Positions 13,201 through 25,749 of a stretch of 64,000 bases of DNA are shown piece by piece; the first letter of the stretch is position 1; every line of letters starts with the position of its first letter. The position numbers were made by a program, and so were the translations under genes. Source of the DNA: Bugula neritina. Lineage: Eukaryota > Animalia > Bryozoa. The notes beneath the pieces were generated by a model. The model did not search any database, had not been told where the DNA came from, and was given only the letters and a program-made list of their open reading frames with translations. The DNA is taken from assembly GCA_964035545.1 (NCBI GenBank), contig OZ037766.1, forward strand, positions 24,544,126-24,608,125, in the 5' to 3' direction.

Positions 13201-16200
13201 TGAGGCGTGCGCTGTAATATCACCCCCCCAAAATACTGTAATTCTTGGCTTAAACTTGAACAACGTTCCTGATGCTGTATCAATCATTCAAGTTTTGAAG
13301 ACAAAGTTTTACATGAACCACATTATTAACTTTCTTGTTGTCTCAGCTTTGTATTAATTGATAGAGTCACATTGCGTAGTGTAGAGTGTGCACAAATTAA
13401 CCTGTTAGCTAACACTAAACAATGTCTAGAGAAGTTATTTTTGCTGTATATGTTGAAAATCTCGAGTGGCATTATTGTATCATTTAGATGTAACTATATA
13501 GCAGGTAATGACTACATTGCAGGTAAACATGCGAGTGGGAATACACACCGGGACAGTACTGTGTGGAATTGTGGGAACACGGCGATTCAAGTTTGACGTG
13601 TGGTCACATGATGTGGACCTAGCCAACGTTATGGAGTCAACTGGTATAATATAGGCTGTAGATATGTGTCTAGGTTATAGTAGATGTATAGAAGGTGTCT
13701 ATAAAGACTTAATTTAGGCTATAGTATGATACCTATGATAAGCATCTACATACTCTCCCAGTCAGCTTATATCTGCTACTATAGAAAATGGTGAAACATT
13801 ATTTTATATTCCGTTTCTGCAAGTCATCCCTATTTTTTATCATTCAGTTTATCACGTTTCAAGTTATCAGTTTTCAATATGTATTCATCCCATTGGGAAC
13901 TGCTTTTATTCTCATAAATATAGTGACTTGTTTATTGATTTAGTGTCGCTATGGCCGTCTATTGTAGGTCAACCTGGACGAGTCCATATCTCTGAAGCTA
14001 CTAGCAAGTTCTTGGAGGATGAGTATGATATGGAACTCGGCGAGACAGTCGAAGGTATGTGCACAGTACTATAAGCATTAGTTGGTTTCAGTACACAGCA
14101 ATGTAAGCATTAGTTGGTTGTAGTACACAGCAATATAAGCATTGGTTGGTTGTAGTACACAGCAATGTAAACATTAGTTGGTTTTAGTACACAGCAATGT
14201 AAGCATTAGTTGGTTTTAGTACACAGCAATATAAGCATTAGTTGGCTTCAAAGTCTTTAATTAAATCAACCAACTAGTTGCACAAGCGTGGTGTTGCTGT
14301 AGTTAGTAGATTTCAAGACTAAACTGAGGTAGTAAGTCTTCAGAAATGATGGTTTAACTTTCAAGCTAGACTGTTGTTACTGCCTGTGATATTGAATTAC
14401 AATAGTAAATAGGGTAGAGCTGATATAATATTCACAAATTCTAACAAAGCAATTGATCATAAAAATATAATATTTCTGATTTCAATCAATATTGATCTAG
14501 TGTTACATAATATGAAGGCCTGCTTATACAAACGCTATAAAAATGTATGCATGGTGCAATTGATGCATGTGTGTTGAAATTATTTGGAAGTTGTGTTTAT
14601 ACACAACATTTACAAACCGAATTTCAGCAAAATATGAAATATAGTTGATGAAGCAAAACTGCATGCCAAAGTTTTAAATTTTTGTTTATACAAGTTAGTT
14701 GCCATAGATATCTCTAAACACTAACGGCTGAGTTTATTGGCTGTCTGCGACAGGTCAAGAGGTCAAACTGCCAAATTTTCCTATTTTCATATTCTGAGAA
14801 GAGTCGCTTCACCTTGCCATAACGTTGTACCCGTGTTCTTATAGACACCAGAAAAGTCCGGAATCTCACAGAGCAGTATGACCAAGCAACTTGCAAGTTT
14901 GGTGTACAGCAAGTGGAGTTGCAGGGAGGTGTGTATGTTAATACCAACTTGGTTGGTGTAATACCAGTGCTTTGTAGGAGTTGCGCTATCTGTTTAGTCT
15001 CGTTTATTATTAGATCAAATTTGATTGATTCAATTGTAAGTTTATAAAACATAATTTGAAGTTTTAAGCTAATTATTTTAGTTGTTAGATGTTATGTGAA
15101 CCAATTTTTAATATTACTGTTTGATGAGTAATTATGGTTTGTTGTACTTTTATTCTATGACTTGGTAAAGTAACTATGCTAATTTGGTTAGGGTAATTTT
15201 TGGCAGGAGTAGATAATTCTCTATATATGTCTAATTAACGCGTTGTAGTCACTGCAACCTATTTCATTCTTGGACCAAAACACAAAGATGACAAATCAGA
15301 ATCTCAAGCTCATTGTGATACTTATTCAGCCAGTCAAAAGTTATCTCCCCCTCTCGACGTCAACGGCGTCGCCGAACCAACCACGGTCAACATCACACCG
15401 GATATTACCGCCAGCTCTCTGAGCTCAAAGGTATAATTTTAATTGATTGGTTTTTTATTTAATTCAATTTTTTTACCATCTAGTAGGGAGTAAAATCATG
15501 CACTTTGCTTTTATCGTAGTGACTGGAAAATATTATGAAAAACCAATTTGAGTGATTTTTATATAATTTATTTTTCATAAATCTAATAGTACAAAGGAGC
15601 GCTTTTCTTTTCAAATTTAATAAGACTGGGAACTTGAATTGCTTTCTTGTATAATAATAGACTTAGCTTCTACTGAAAAGTTTCTTCATGTACGGTTAGC
15701 CATGACGTAAAGGCTAGGGTTTTATTATATTATATCTAGCCTTAGTGACTTGATTTCCACATCTAATTTAGGACGAGGAGAGGATTGATCTTATTGTATC
15801 TCACCAGGTAACATATAGCCCTAGAGTATAACCTTATATGTCTTTTAATTTCTATGTCACTGTTTGGTTGTTTTCAACAGTTTGCACTTTGTATAAGAGC
15901 AGGTGTAAAGTTTACTGGCAAATCACTTAGAGCTGATATCTACTAAAATTATCTTAACCAATTACTGTCCCTGGCTGTCAGGCAATATACAATTTTCATG
16001 AATTTGTTTGTCTATAAAGGTTTTTGGGAGTTGTTTTCTTTTTTCGGAGAAAAACACAAGCTTACAACAAAGATTGTGTTCCAAACACTACAGTCAGCAT
16101 GCTGAATGAAGCTGAACATTTGTTTTGGGTGATTAAATAACAATAACAATATCAGTTAAAGTTCCTGTATCAAGTTGTTTTAAAATTAAACTTTGTGAGT

Positions 16201-19200
16201 TTTAAATAATAATAATAAAAAAGATAATTAGAAATGATTTTTTTTATGTGACATAATTTTTACTGAAAAATGTTTTCATTTTGAACCTGTTTTTGAAAAA
16301 AAAGTTAAATAGTTGCATGCAAGAACTAAAAGGACAACTCCCAATAAAACTTTAGAACCCAAGTGTGTTTAATTTGTCTGTACATAATTTACTTGTACGT
16401 GTTTTTAGTTATACTTTGCTTTTGTTTTTGTCTGGGATTTAATCATCAAAGATTATGTTTAGTATTTTATCATTTGCTGTTTTATAGGGTGTACGTGTTT
16501 ATACATTTATTTTATAATGTTTTTTCACAAATTTTTCCGGGTAGTTGCTGGAGTTCTTTTTCAAACATTGTGTGAAGCCAGGGATTGTTTAGTTTGAGTA
16601 ATAATGCTTGCATATGGGTTCTGTTAACCACTAATTCCTATGCTATATGTTCATCTATTTCATTTCTTGGTGTAAGTTCAAATTTATTGTCAGCTTTGCT
16701 AAATTAATTTTTTTACTGGCTTGTTTCCTCATTTCACATTAGACTTTCTTTTTCTGCTTTTGAATTGTCATAATTCAGTAGAGTAGTGGGTGGGTCCCTG
16801 AATTGTTTCAACTGTAGATTGGTTGAAGGCTAAATCTAAAAACAAGAGCAATGTTCATAGTTATCTTTTATAACTGGTAAATGAAGAGTTGCTCAACATT
16901 GAAAAATGCAAATTTCGAACTGGACTACCTACATATTAATTCGTTCAAACTATCGTACAATATTTAGTATCGAATTCGCATCACATTCCCAGTACCTGGC
17001 TTATCGTAACAGCATCTATTGGATGTTGTGCACATTTTAGTTTCCAGTCTCTAACAACCTCACATTAGTTATCATTCATTGGTTAATTGTAGCCGATAGT
17101 TATTGACGAACTTAGCCTATCAATTGTAAGTCATATAAGTTGTCTTTATGTGTTGCTTATTTTGTTTGCTTGATCACAGGCTAATCTTGAATTTGTGTGC
17201 TCTTGTTTGTGAAACACCACGCGGCTTGTTTTATGGCTGAAGTTCAGAATAATAATTTTGGTATATTTAATTCTAAGTTGTTTCTGAAGGTATATTTCAA
17301 ACTTTTAAATATAATTTTTGGGTTCTTTCATTTTGGTACGATATTTTGTTTATTGTTGTTCCAATTCTGAACATGTGGCTGTGTAGAGTTGGTCACTGTT
17401 GTATTATTTGTATTCAATTTCACGGATTTATTCTTTTCATAAGTTGGAAACTTTGTTTTAGAGAAGACGATCTTCTAAAGTAGGCGTTGTAAAAGTTGCT
17501 GCATTGCAGGTATATCGTGTCGGCACAACTTCCATCTTGTGAAGCTAGTTGGAAAACTTCCAGTATTCACTTTAGCTGTTACCTATTAGTCTTGTATCAC
17601 TCACACACCCATTCACCATGCTTGGTGACCCCAATTCACCATGCTTGGTGATCCCCATTCACCATGCTTGGTGACCTCCATTCACCATACTTGGTGACCT
17701 CACATCTGTTTGCTTCTTCACGGATAATTTGCCTTCACTTCTCCGTAATCTCATGACGTTGTGTGAGCCCAGATTTTGCTTAGCTTCCAAGTGAACCTTG
17801 TAACCTGCTAGATTTCTATAGTGATTGTCTTAAAGTGCTACTGTGTGTTAGTTATTCAAGAGTGAAATTTAGCTTACATATCCGGGCTCCATTGTTTCAG
17901 CAAGTATTGAAGGTGTTTATTAACAAAAAATAATAAAGTTGCTTGCAGAGTAATTATTTTAGCAAGAATATTACTTAGCCATTTTATTTGTTGGAAGGGA
18001 TTTTGAAAAAATGTTCTACTTAAGCTTCCATAATAACCCCCAACTCGTGTGTATTACCTAATATTTCCAGTTTTGTGATGATAGAATAGGAAGATAGAAA
18101 TGGCTAGCAGATGCTAAAATAGTTTACCCTTGACCTTAATAGCACCACCTTCGCCTGGCCTGACGTTAGTGCTAGTGGGTCTAAGATTTCCATGCTATGC
18201 TTTGTACCCTGCTGGTTGAACCTCTGTTGTAGTTAAACAAACTTTGACTTTCTTTACTCCAATACTGAGTATGACATTTTATATGTCTGCCAGGACTACT
18301 GATTGGGCTTGGCACAGGATGTCAAGTTGATGGTATATTGCTGCTCATTGGCTAGAATTGCCTTCTCTCCAATCTTTCATTTACACTCTTCCATTCCATT
18401 CTTCTGTGCCATGCACACAGCAATGGCATGCCAGCACAGCTGATGAAAAAACTTTCAAATTCAAACCTCTCAAATCATAAATTTTGTGAACTAATCAGAA
18501 GCGCATACTTTGAGGAAATCTACGGGTATAATAACTAGAGATTGTCAGATCAGGTTCTATCACTCAGTATCGTCACAGTAAAGGTCTGTCCACATCGGAT
18601 AGTGTTTTTGCTAATAAATATCATTTCTTTCTTGGATCATTTTAGATAAAAGTTTATCAGTAGGTGCAGATTTGTTTCTTTAGGCTGTAGGTTTTGGTGC
18701 TAAATTTTCTTGTTCAAGCTAAAACTCGTCAAGGTTTATTTTATTTTATTCAACTTCTTTTGCTTTAACTATTAAACTGTGGGTGACGGATAGCTATTAA
18801 TGATTGCCTTTTGCTCTCTGTTTAACATTCGGCTTCATGCTCTGTATTACATGCAGTTACTTTTTAGCTTGTGCTGTACTACCAGGCATCGGCCAACACT
18901 TCACACTGTTGTATTCTCAATATATTCTGCTAAAGCTACTTCTTGCATCCTACAAGCTGTTATTTATTATATTTTTTATTTTATTTATTATTGTGTAATA
19001 ACTTTTAAAGCATTTTGTTTGACAAATGTTAAAGTTTCAGCAGTGTGAGTATTTCTTGATATTATCATGCCAATAACTATCAAAAATTCTTACATATTTA
19101 TCATTGCAGAAGTGAAGATGCTTGTAACAATGGTTCAATTTTTTACCCACAAAACCATTGAGCACATGTGATGCAGCACGCTCACTCTCTGTATTACCAC

Positions 19201-22200
19201 ATATTGCTAATTTCACTTGTATTCTGCCACTACTCTATTGCTATATGCCCCAAGATTTCAATTCTGCTTATATATCTTATTAAGAGGTCTTAGAAAGGTA
19301 GGCTTACACACCAGCTCTGTTTTGGCAGGCAGAAGAAGCTGAGAAGCAGCAGCAGCAGCAAATGAGAGCAAGTTTTTTCAGCAAGAAGACCGTCAGCGAC
19401 AATGTGCCTCCTGGTATGCTGGGTGATTATATGGATGTTGCTGATGGGCTGTTTTATAATCAATCTGTGTGTGACCAAGGAGTTATCTATACTCTATATT
19501 TAGCTTTCCATGATCACTCATTGTTATTCTTTAATCTACTTGTTGTGCTGAATACTGGCTAAATATGGATGTTCTCATTGGCATGCTGTTTTTGTAAGAT
19601 GATTGCTGATTAGTTTGCTATATTGTACTGATTGCTGATTGGCTGATTAAAGTTATATTCTACCCTCTGCTTTTATCTCTTCTATCCATAACATAAGCTT
19701 TGTTGAAAATGTCAAAATCGCTTTTTGTTAACAGGAAGTAAAGGGGATTTCACACAAGATGACTTGTTGATCAGGTTAGTTGTTCATCGGTTTTTGTAGG
19801 CAAAACATTTGCCATTTCTTGAATATATCTCCCTGTTATGAACCACAAACTGTAAATATTTCCTTATTAGGATTTCACTAATTATTATTTTAATCTAATA
19901 CCGTAGTTCCCATCAGCTTAAAACCAGACATTTTGACAACCGTCGCTCCTACATTTATATGCCGTAGAGTTTAGTTTGTATTGTAACTACTAAAAATGTA
20001 AGATTAAACAATTGAATGTTTTTAAAGAGCGGAAGTTTGGGCATTGAAACACTTTAATTTGGCAATATCTACTGAAACATAAAATATGTATATTAGGTTA
20101 TAAAAATAATAGCTTTTAAGTATGTTAACTTAGCAAAGGTTTGAGTTAATTAATTTTGTACAAATTACGCATCGTTGAATGTCAAAAAACTCTCTAACCA
20201 TATTCCTGTATTTCAACATATAAATATAATGTTTTAGTGTTTGGTGGAACAACTGGTATTAGTAATCAATAAATTTAAACTAATCCCAGTGCTGTTTACT
20301 CTAGAATATTCTGTAGGTTTCAGTAATTAATGAGCCATTTCAATGTTCTAGTGAGATGGACAAGGAAGAGGAAGATGACTCCAAAAACTATTTCTATGAG
20401 CCGCCCGTTAACACCTGCACCCTGAACTTCCATTCAGCTAATGATGAGACTTGCTTTAGAAATCAAACTAGTGTTAACTTCTTGTCACCTGAGATGCCTC
20501 AGGTAATCTGTTGAGATCATTCAGAGTGTTATCACCTACATAAAGTAGGCATCTTCCTGTGCGTGTATATGTGTATAATATAGATACATCTTAGCACGTG
20601 CATGTGTACAGCATAAGTATATCTCGGCTTCTTCTGTGTTGATTCAGATTTGTGTATATGCCTATATATGTGTATGTATGCTTATATATGCATACGTGTG
20701 TTTATGTATGCTTATAGATGCTTATGTACGTTTATGTATGCATATATTATATGCTTATGTATGCTTATATATGTTTATGTATGCTTATATATGCTGATAG
20801 ATGTTTATAGATGCTTATGTATGTTTTACTCAGAGCCATTACTGTAATATATTACACACTAGTTTTATTGTAGAATTAATTTCTCAATTGTTTACTGTTT
20901 GTAGACATTTGCCTCTCCGAGGTTCAACGTGTTTCTAGAGGTATGGGTGAGCACCATATACTTTGTTATACTAGAAATAGTGTTAGGAATTACTCTGGGA
21001 GGGAGTATCAAAGACAATCCTGTATGGCCTATCTATTTGGTGAGTCTAACCTCTGCTTGCATGTCGGTATTCGTGTATCCATTTGAGGGTTTAGTCAGCA
21101 ACTTTGACCATAGTTCTTGTCATTTTCTCTGTTTGAGCCATTGTTATTGTTATGATGTACCCAGTTACTTGGTACTTATAAATCATATTGTAACTTTGAA
21201 AAAATATCGTAGCTCTTATAAATTGTATGCATTACACCATTGATACTATAACTTGGGGGGTTGAAGAGTGCAAGAAAACAAGATTTATATATCTGTATTT
21301 TATTCTCTCTTCACATAAACCCTCAAATTTTTTATGTAATAATTACTAGTATAGCCTACTTGAACTGGTAAAGAAGTATCACCAGGTTTTCTCTTTTATA
21401 GCGCTTGTATGATGGAGTAGTTACACTGTGTTTATTGTACATGTTGATAAGTCCACTCACCACATAACTAACTCTCACATTGTTGCTTGCGCTAACAATA
21501 ATTATAGTTGAGGCATAAATTGTAAAAGGTTGAAGTGAGGGTGAAGTTATGCCCCTTGATTATATCTGCCACTGCTAAACATTGACTGGCTAAAGTGTGA
21601 ATTAAGCCACTCATTTATATCTGACATTCTGATTGGGTACTGGTCCTTATTCAGATTAGTATCTTTTCTCTAATTGGTTGTTTGGTTTTTGTAGGCTGTA
21701 TCCTCAATATTTATAGCATTCCACGCCATTGGCATCACTCTCAACGTGTTCCTCTCTCCTAGCAAGTTAAATTCAAGTTCTGCTGATGGCGATAAATCTG
21801 AGAAAAAACCTCTGTCACCTCTGGGAAAACTGTTTGGTATTTTCTTTCATTATTGCGTGAATGTAAATTTAATTTATAACAGAAAACCAGAACGGTTGTT
21901 CTACTTTTAAGGTTCCGTACACCTAAATAAAAGAAAGTAGTTACTTTTTATTTTAGTGGAAAGCTCATTCTAGAAAACACCTATTTCTATTTAGAGTGGA
22001 GTTTTGTATTTTCTATTCAAGCTACCAAACGAAAGAAAATTGAAATATGTTATGGCTAATTTAGCCATTGTATGTTAATAATAGTGACTTGATAGTAACT
22101 TCTCATGTGGGCATCACCATACTTCTCTGCATTTCATTTTTTCAGTATTTTCTGATACATCTTTTAATTGGAAATATATAGTTGGAACCCCTCAATTTGG

Positions 22201-25200
22201 TTTGAACTAAACGAAGTTGAGACATACTTGAATATTTCAATGTTACAACATTTTGGTCAACACCGTTGTTTATCTGAAGACTATGACTATATTACAGTTA
22301 GGTTAACAAAGGTGTACTAGATCACCGAAAGATGGTCATAGCTTTAGCTGAAATATATTTCTGATGAGATATTCCATTGTGTTTGAATAATTTAGTTTTT
22401 AACTTGGTATGATTGAAACCAATTTATTGACTTTAGTTTTATCTAGTTCCATTTTTGTTTGCAGGTATCTGGTATAGCTGGATAGTAGGTCATATTCTAG
22501 GTGGCCTACAACTGGCCTTACCCATCGGTGCCGTTTACTCGTACTACTTCTGTCTTAAATTGACCAATCAGAATAGAGAACTATTTTTCTCTTATGCTGT
22601 CATCACATCAATCGTTCATTCCATTAACTTGAACCTATTGAGCAACTGGCTGAAGTCTATTATTGGTAACTAATAGCTTTTAACTCTCATTAACTGTATT
22701 CTTTTGTATTGTTTACAGCTGCCTTTAACTGAGTAGTTACAGTATCATTTCATTATAATTATAAAGGAAGTAATACTCAACAGATCTGAAAAATGTTGAC
22801 TTCATTTCTAATGTGAATTCGATGACTTTTATTAATTTATATTATTTTTCTTTTACTTAATGTGATGCTCCGTATTCTTGTTTTATAGCCACTTTAGGAG
22901 GTGTAGCTTTAGTGTTGCTGAGCAACTTGAAAGCATGTAAAGGTGAAGGTGAAGTGATAATGGTGTTTGGTGGTAACCGTGACAACCTGGACTATGAAAT
23001 GATACTGGATGTCTTTCTCTTACTCATCTTGATATGGTTTCTGAACCGGGAGATTGAGTTGATGACCAGGATTGCATACAATGGAGATTTGCAGGCAACC
23101 AAAGTGCAGAAGTTAGTTTTACTTCTAGAGTGCTATATATCAGCTGGCCATACTCGAAGATTACTTTGAATAATTATATTACATTATTAGTATAAACGAG
23201 CAAGGGTCTGTCAATAATTGATTTATAACTACAATCGCTGTGAACATATAATTTCCTGTAATTTTGCTAGATTTTTATTTGAATATTTTTCATAATGAGA
23301 ATTTGAAGGTGCTGAAAGATGTAATGTTTTGTCAAAGTAATTGTGTAATATTTTGTTAAGTTCTGGTGTGCTGAGTAATGTCAAGGTAATGACACAAATT
23401 AAAGTATTCAAAGCTCTTCTATTGGTTATGAACGTAAAGCATGTGTGGCAGTAGTGATACGTATGCTGCTATGCCATTGCAGGAGTATAGTTAATTCTTC
23501 TATACTGAAACTGGGCACTCGGATTAAACATTTTGCTGTGTCAATGTCATACGTTTGTCCACTTACGTGATTATGAATACAAAACAGATATAAAAGTTTA
23601 ATACTTTGATTCGTTCATCGTTGTTATTGGTGATTTATAGACAGGCTGAAATAGAAAAGCAGTTAGCGGACTCGCTGTTACATGATATAATCCCGGTGCA
23701 TGTTGTGGACCAGATCAAAGGCAAGGGGGAGTATTCCCAGTCCCATAAGGATGTTGGAGTTGTCTTTATCAGCATCACTAATTTTGATGATTTTTACGAT
23801 GAATCTTTCGAAGGAGGTTTGTAGTTTATTACAGCAGAAACTTTGTTAAATATATTGTAACACTGCTTCACTTGATCCCACATCATAATACATAGCATGC
23901 AAGTATATGGGATTTGTATCAATACTGTGTTAGCTTATATTTTACGTTTTATGTAATAAGCAATAAACTATGTGTAATAGCATCTTATACTAAAATCTAT
24001 TATTATTGCAGGTAAAGAGTTTCTACGTGTCCTCAATGAGCTCTTTATGGATTATGAGGCACTTTTTGATAAGCCAGAGTATAAAGACATAGAAAAGATT
24101 AAGACAATTGGTTAGAAAATAACTTTAAAGTATTATTATTATTATCATTATTATTATTGTCAAAACTCATCATAAAACAGTATAGATGTGACAGTTTAAT
24201 TACCAAGTGTAGTTCTGTTCCACAGTGATAGTGAAAGTATGCTTGACTGATACCATCTATCAATAATTCCTTGTTACTAGCTTTTGTGTCCGTATAATAT
24301 TATAATATCATCATAGCAAATGTTGCTTATTCATTCCTCATATATGTGTTCATGACACCTATATATGTTTATAATACACTATATGTTTATAATACACTAT
24401 ATGTTTATAATACACCTATATATGTGATGTTGCAGGCAGCACGTTTATGGCAGCATCAGGTCTCAACCAATCATCACGGGACAAGAATGCTGACCCAAAG
24501 GACCACCTCTATGCTCTCATGGAGTTCTGTATAGCAGTGCTGGAAACTGTTAGCATCTTCAATGAAGGTAAATCATTAGCTACCGGCTTTCAGCAGGAGT
24601 ATGTATAGTAATAGTAATTGTGCTGTTGGTGTGAGTTTGAGGGGGAAATAGTCTCCATGTTCTCTAGTATAGGTCTGGCCACAGGATGTGCCTGAGGAAA
24701 TTGTTAGATATTATTTACACTAAGTGCTGTTTGTTGCCTATAACACAATACGGGAAATGATCAAATGATAGATGAAACCTCATCACATCACATCTCGTCA
24801 GACTTGAGATTATTTTAACTACTGGAGATTCTTAGGTTTTATTTGCAGAATTTGTTGCTTGCATGGCATTTGTATTCTGCTCATGTGGCTGGTGCTTGAA
24901 CAGACCTCCAATAAGTGTTTTTATGTTTTATTGTTACATTCTCTAAACAAGGAAAAGCAATTGTGATTGTGTTTTAACTAATCTCCCTGATTGCTATTTG
25001 GCTGTGTTGTCTTTTTCTATGCTACTTAGTTTCTATTGTTACATCACCTACTTTGACTGATTTTTTACAGGAATGTTTAATTTCAATTTTACACTGAAGA
25101 TAGGATATAATATCGGAGATATCGTTTCCGGAGTTATTGGCACTTCAAAGTTGCATTTCGATATCTGGGGTAATACGGTGAATGTATCTAGTCGCATGTA

Positions 25201-25749
25201 TAGCACAGGAGTCGAAGGTTAGTATAGTTTGTATTTAGAAAGTTAAATACATTAGAAAAATTAAAGTGGCTGATTTGTATGTTTTCTCTTTCTGAATCAC
25301 ATAATTTAAAATAGTTTTACAACTAATAATTTTACATTATTAATTATTTTTGGAGACCTGTTGCGATTTATAATTTTGTTTTATTTTTCTGACTGTATTA
25401 GAGATAAATAATTTAATACATTGTCTAGCATATTTCCGAGGAAGCACATGTTAGATTAAGTATAATATGATAATATATCACTTGACCTAACATGGCAGGT
25501 ATTGGTAGTATATATTTGATGATATGGTATTCAGAAGTACTTGTAGTGTCACGTTAGGACAGGTGCTTCTAGTTGCTCTGTTGTGTTATTTTAACAGGCA
25601 GAGTGCAGGTTACGGAAGAAACAGCTAAAATGTTAGAAGATAGATACGAGTTTGAGTACAGAGACACCATCAGTATTAAAGGCAAGGGCATGATGAGGAC
25701 ATACTTGCTTGTTAAAAAGAAAGTAGATATATTGGAGGATGTGTGCTGA
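7289..25749 (+). CDS. ADCY9: Adenylate cyclase type 9 (membrane-bound, 2 cyclase domains), about 1149 aa
   Basis: Exons 7289-8206, 12313-12562, 12789-12913, 13523-13643, 13968-14054, 15249-15430, 15772-15807, 17462-17509, 19329-19413, 19735-19774, 20352-20502, 20905-21039, 21695-21836, 22465-22665, 22889-23111, 23641-23816, 24012-24110, 24436-24567, 25071-25217, 25598-25749; all GT-AG, phases consistent, 3450 nt. Motifs [83 protein letters not shown] and KISTLGDCYY are AC9-type. The two microexons (15772, 17462) are less certain. Confidence 0.93.
14059..14250. repeat. 32-bp minisatellite x6
   Basis: Unit GTACACAGCAATRTAAGCATTAGTTGGTTKTA beginning directly after the donor at 14055. Confidence 0.9.
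17609..17702. repeat. 23-bp minisatellite x4, each unit a TCACCA-N4-TGGTGA palindrome
   Basis: ATTCACCATGCTTGGTGA starting at 17611, 17634, 17657 and 17680. Confidence 0.9.
20650..20825. repeat. Degenerate 10-bp (TATGCTTATR)-type simple repeat
   Basis: Direct inspection; gives rise to spurious ORF 20650-20847. Confidence 0.8.
24355..24425. repeat. 18-bp tandem repeat x3 (CACTATATGTTTATAATA)
   Basis: Direct inspection; lies just upstream of the acceptor at 24435. Confidence 0.8.

Noticed and set aside
14714-15052. 112-aa minus ORF in an ADCY9 intron, possible transposase remnant
   Set aside because: No convincing DDE or other motif and no splice support.
16818-16876. Possible extra ADCY9 exon (AG...GT bounded)
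   Set aside because: Stop codons in all three frames.
17609-17702. CRISPR-like palindromic repeats
   Set aside because: No unique spacers, no cas genes, eukaryotic intron; a minisatellite.
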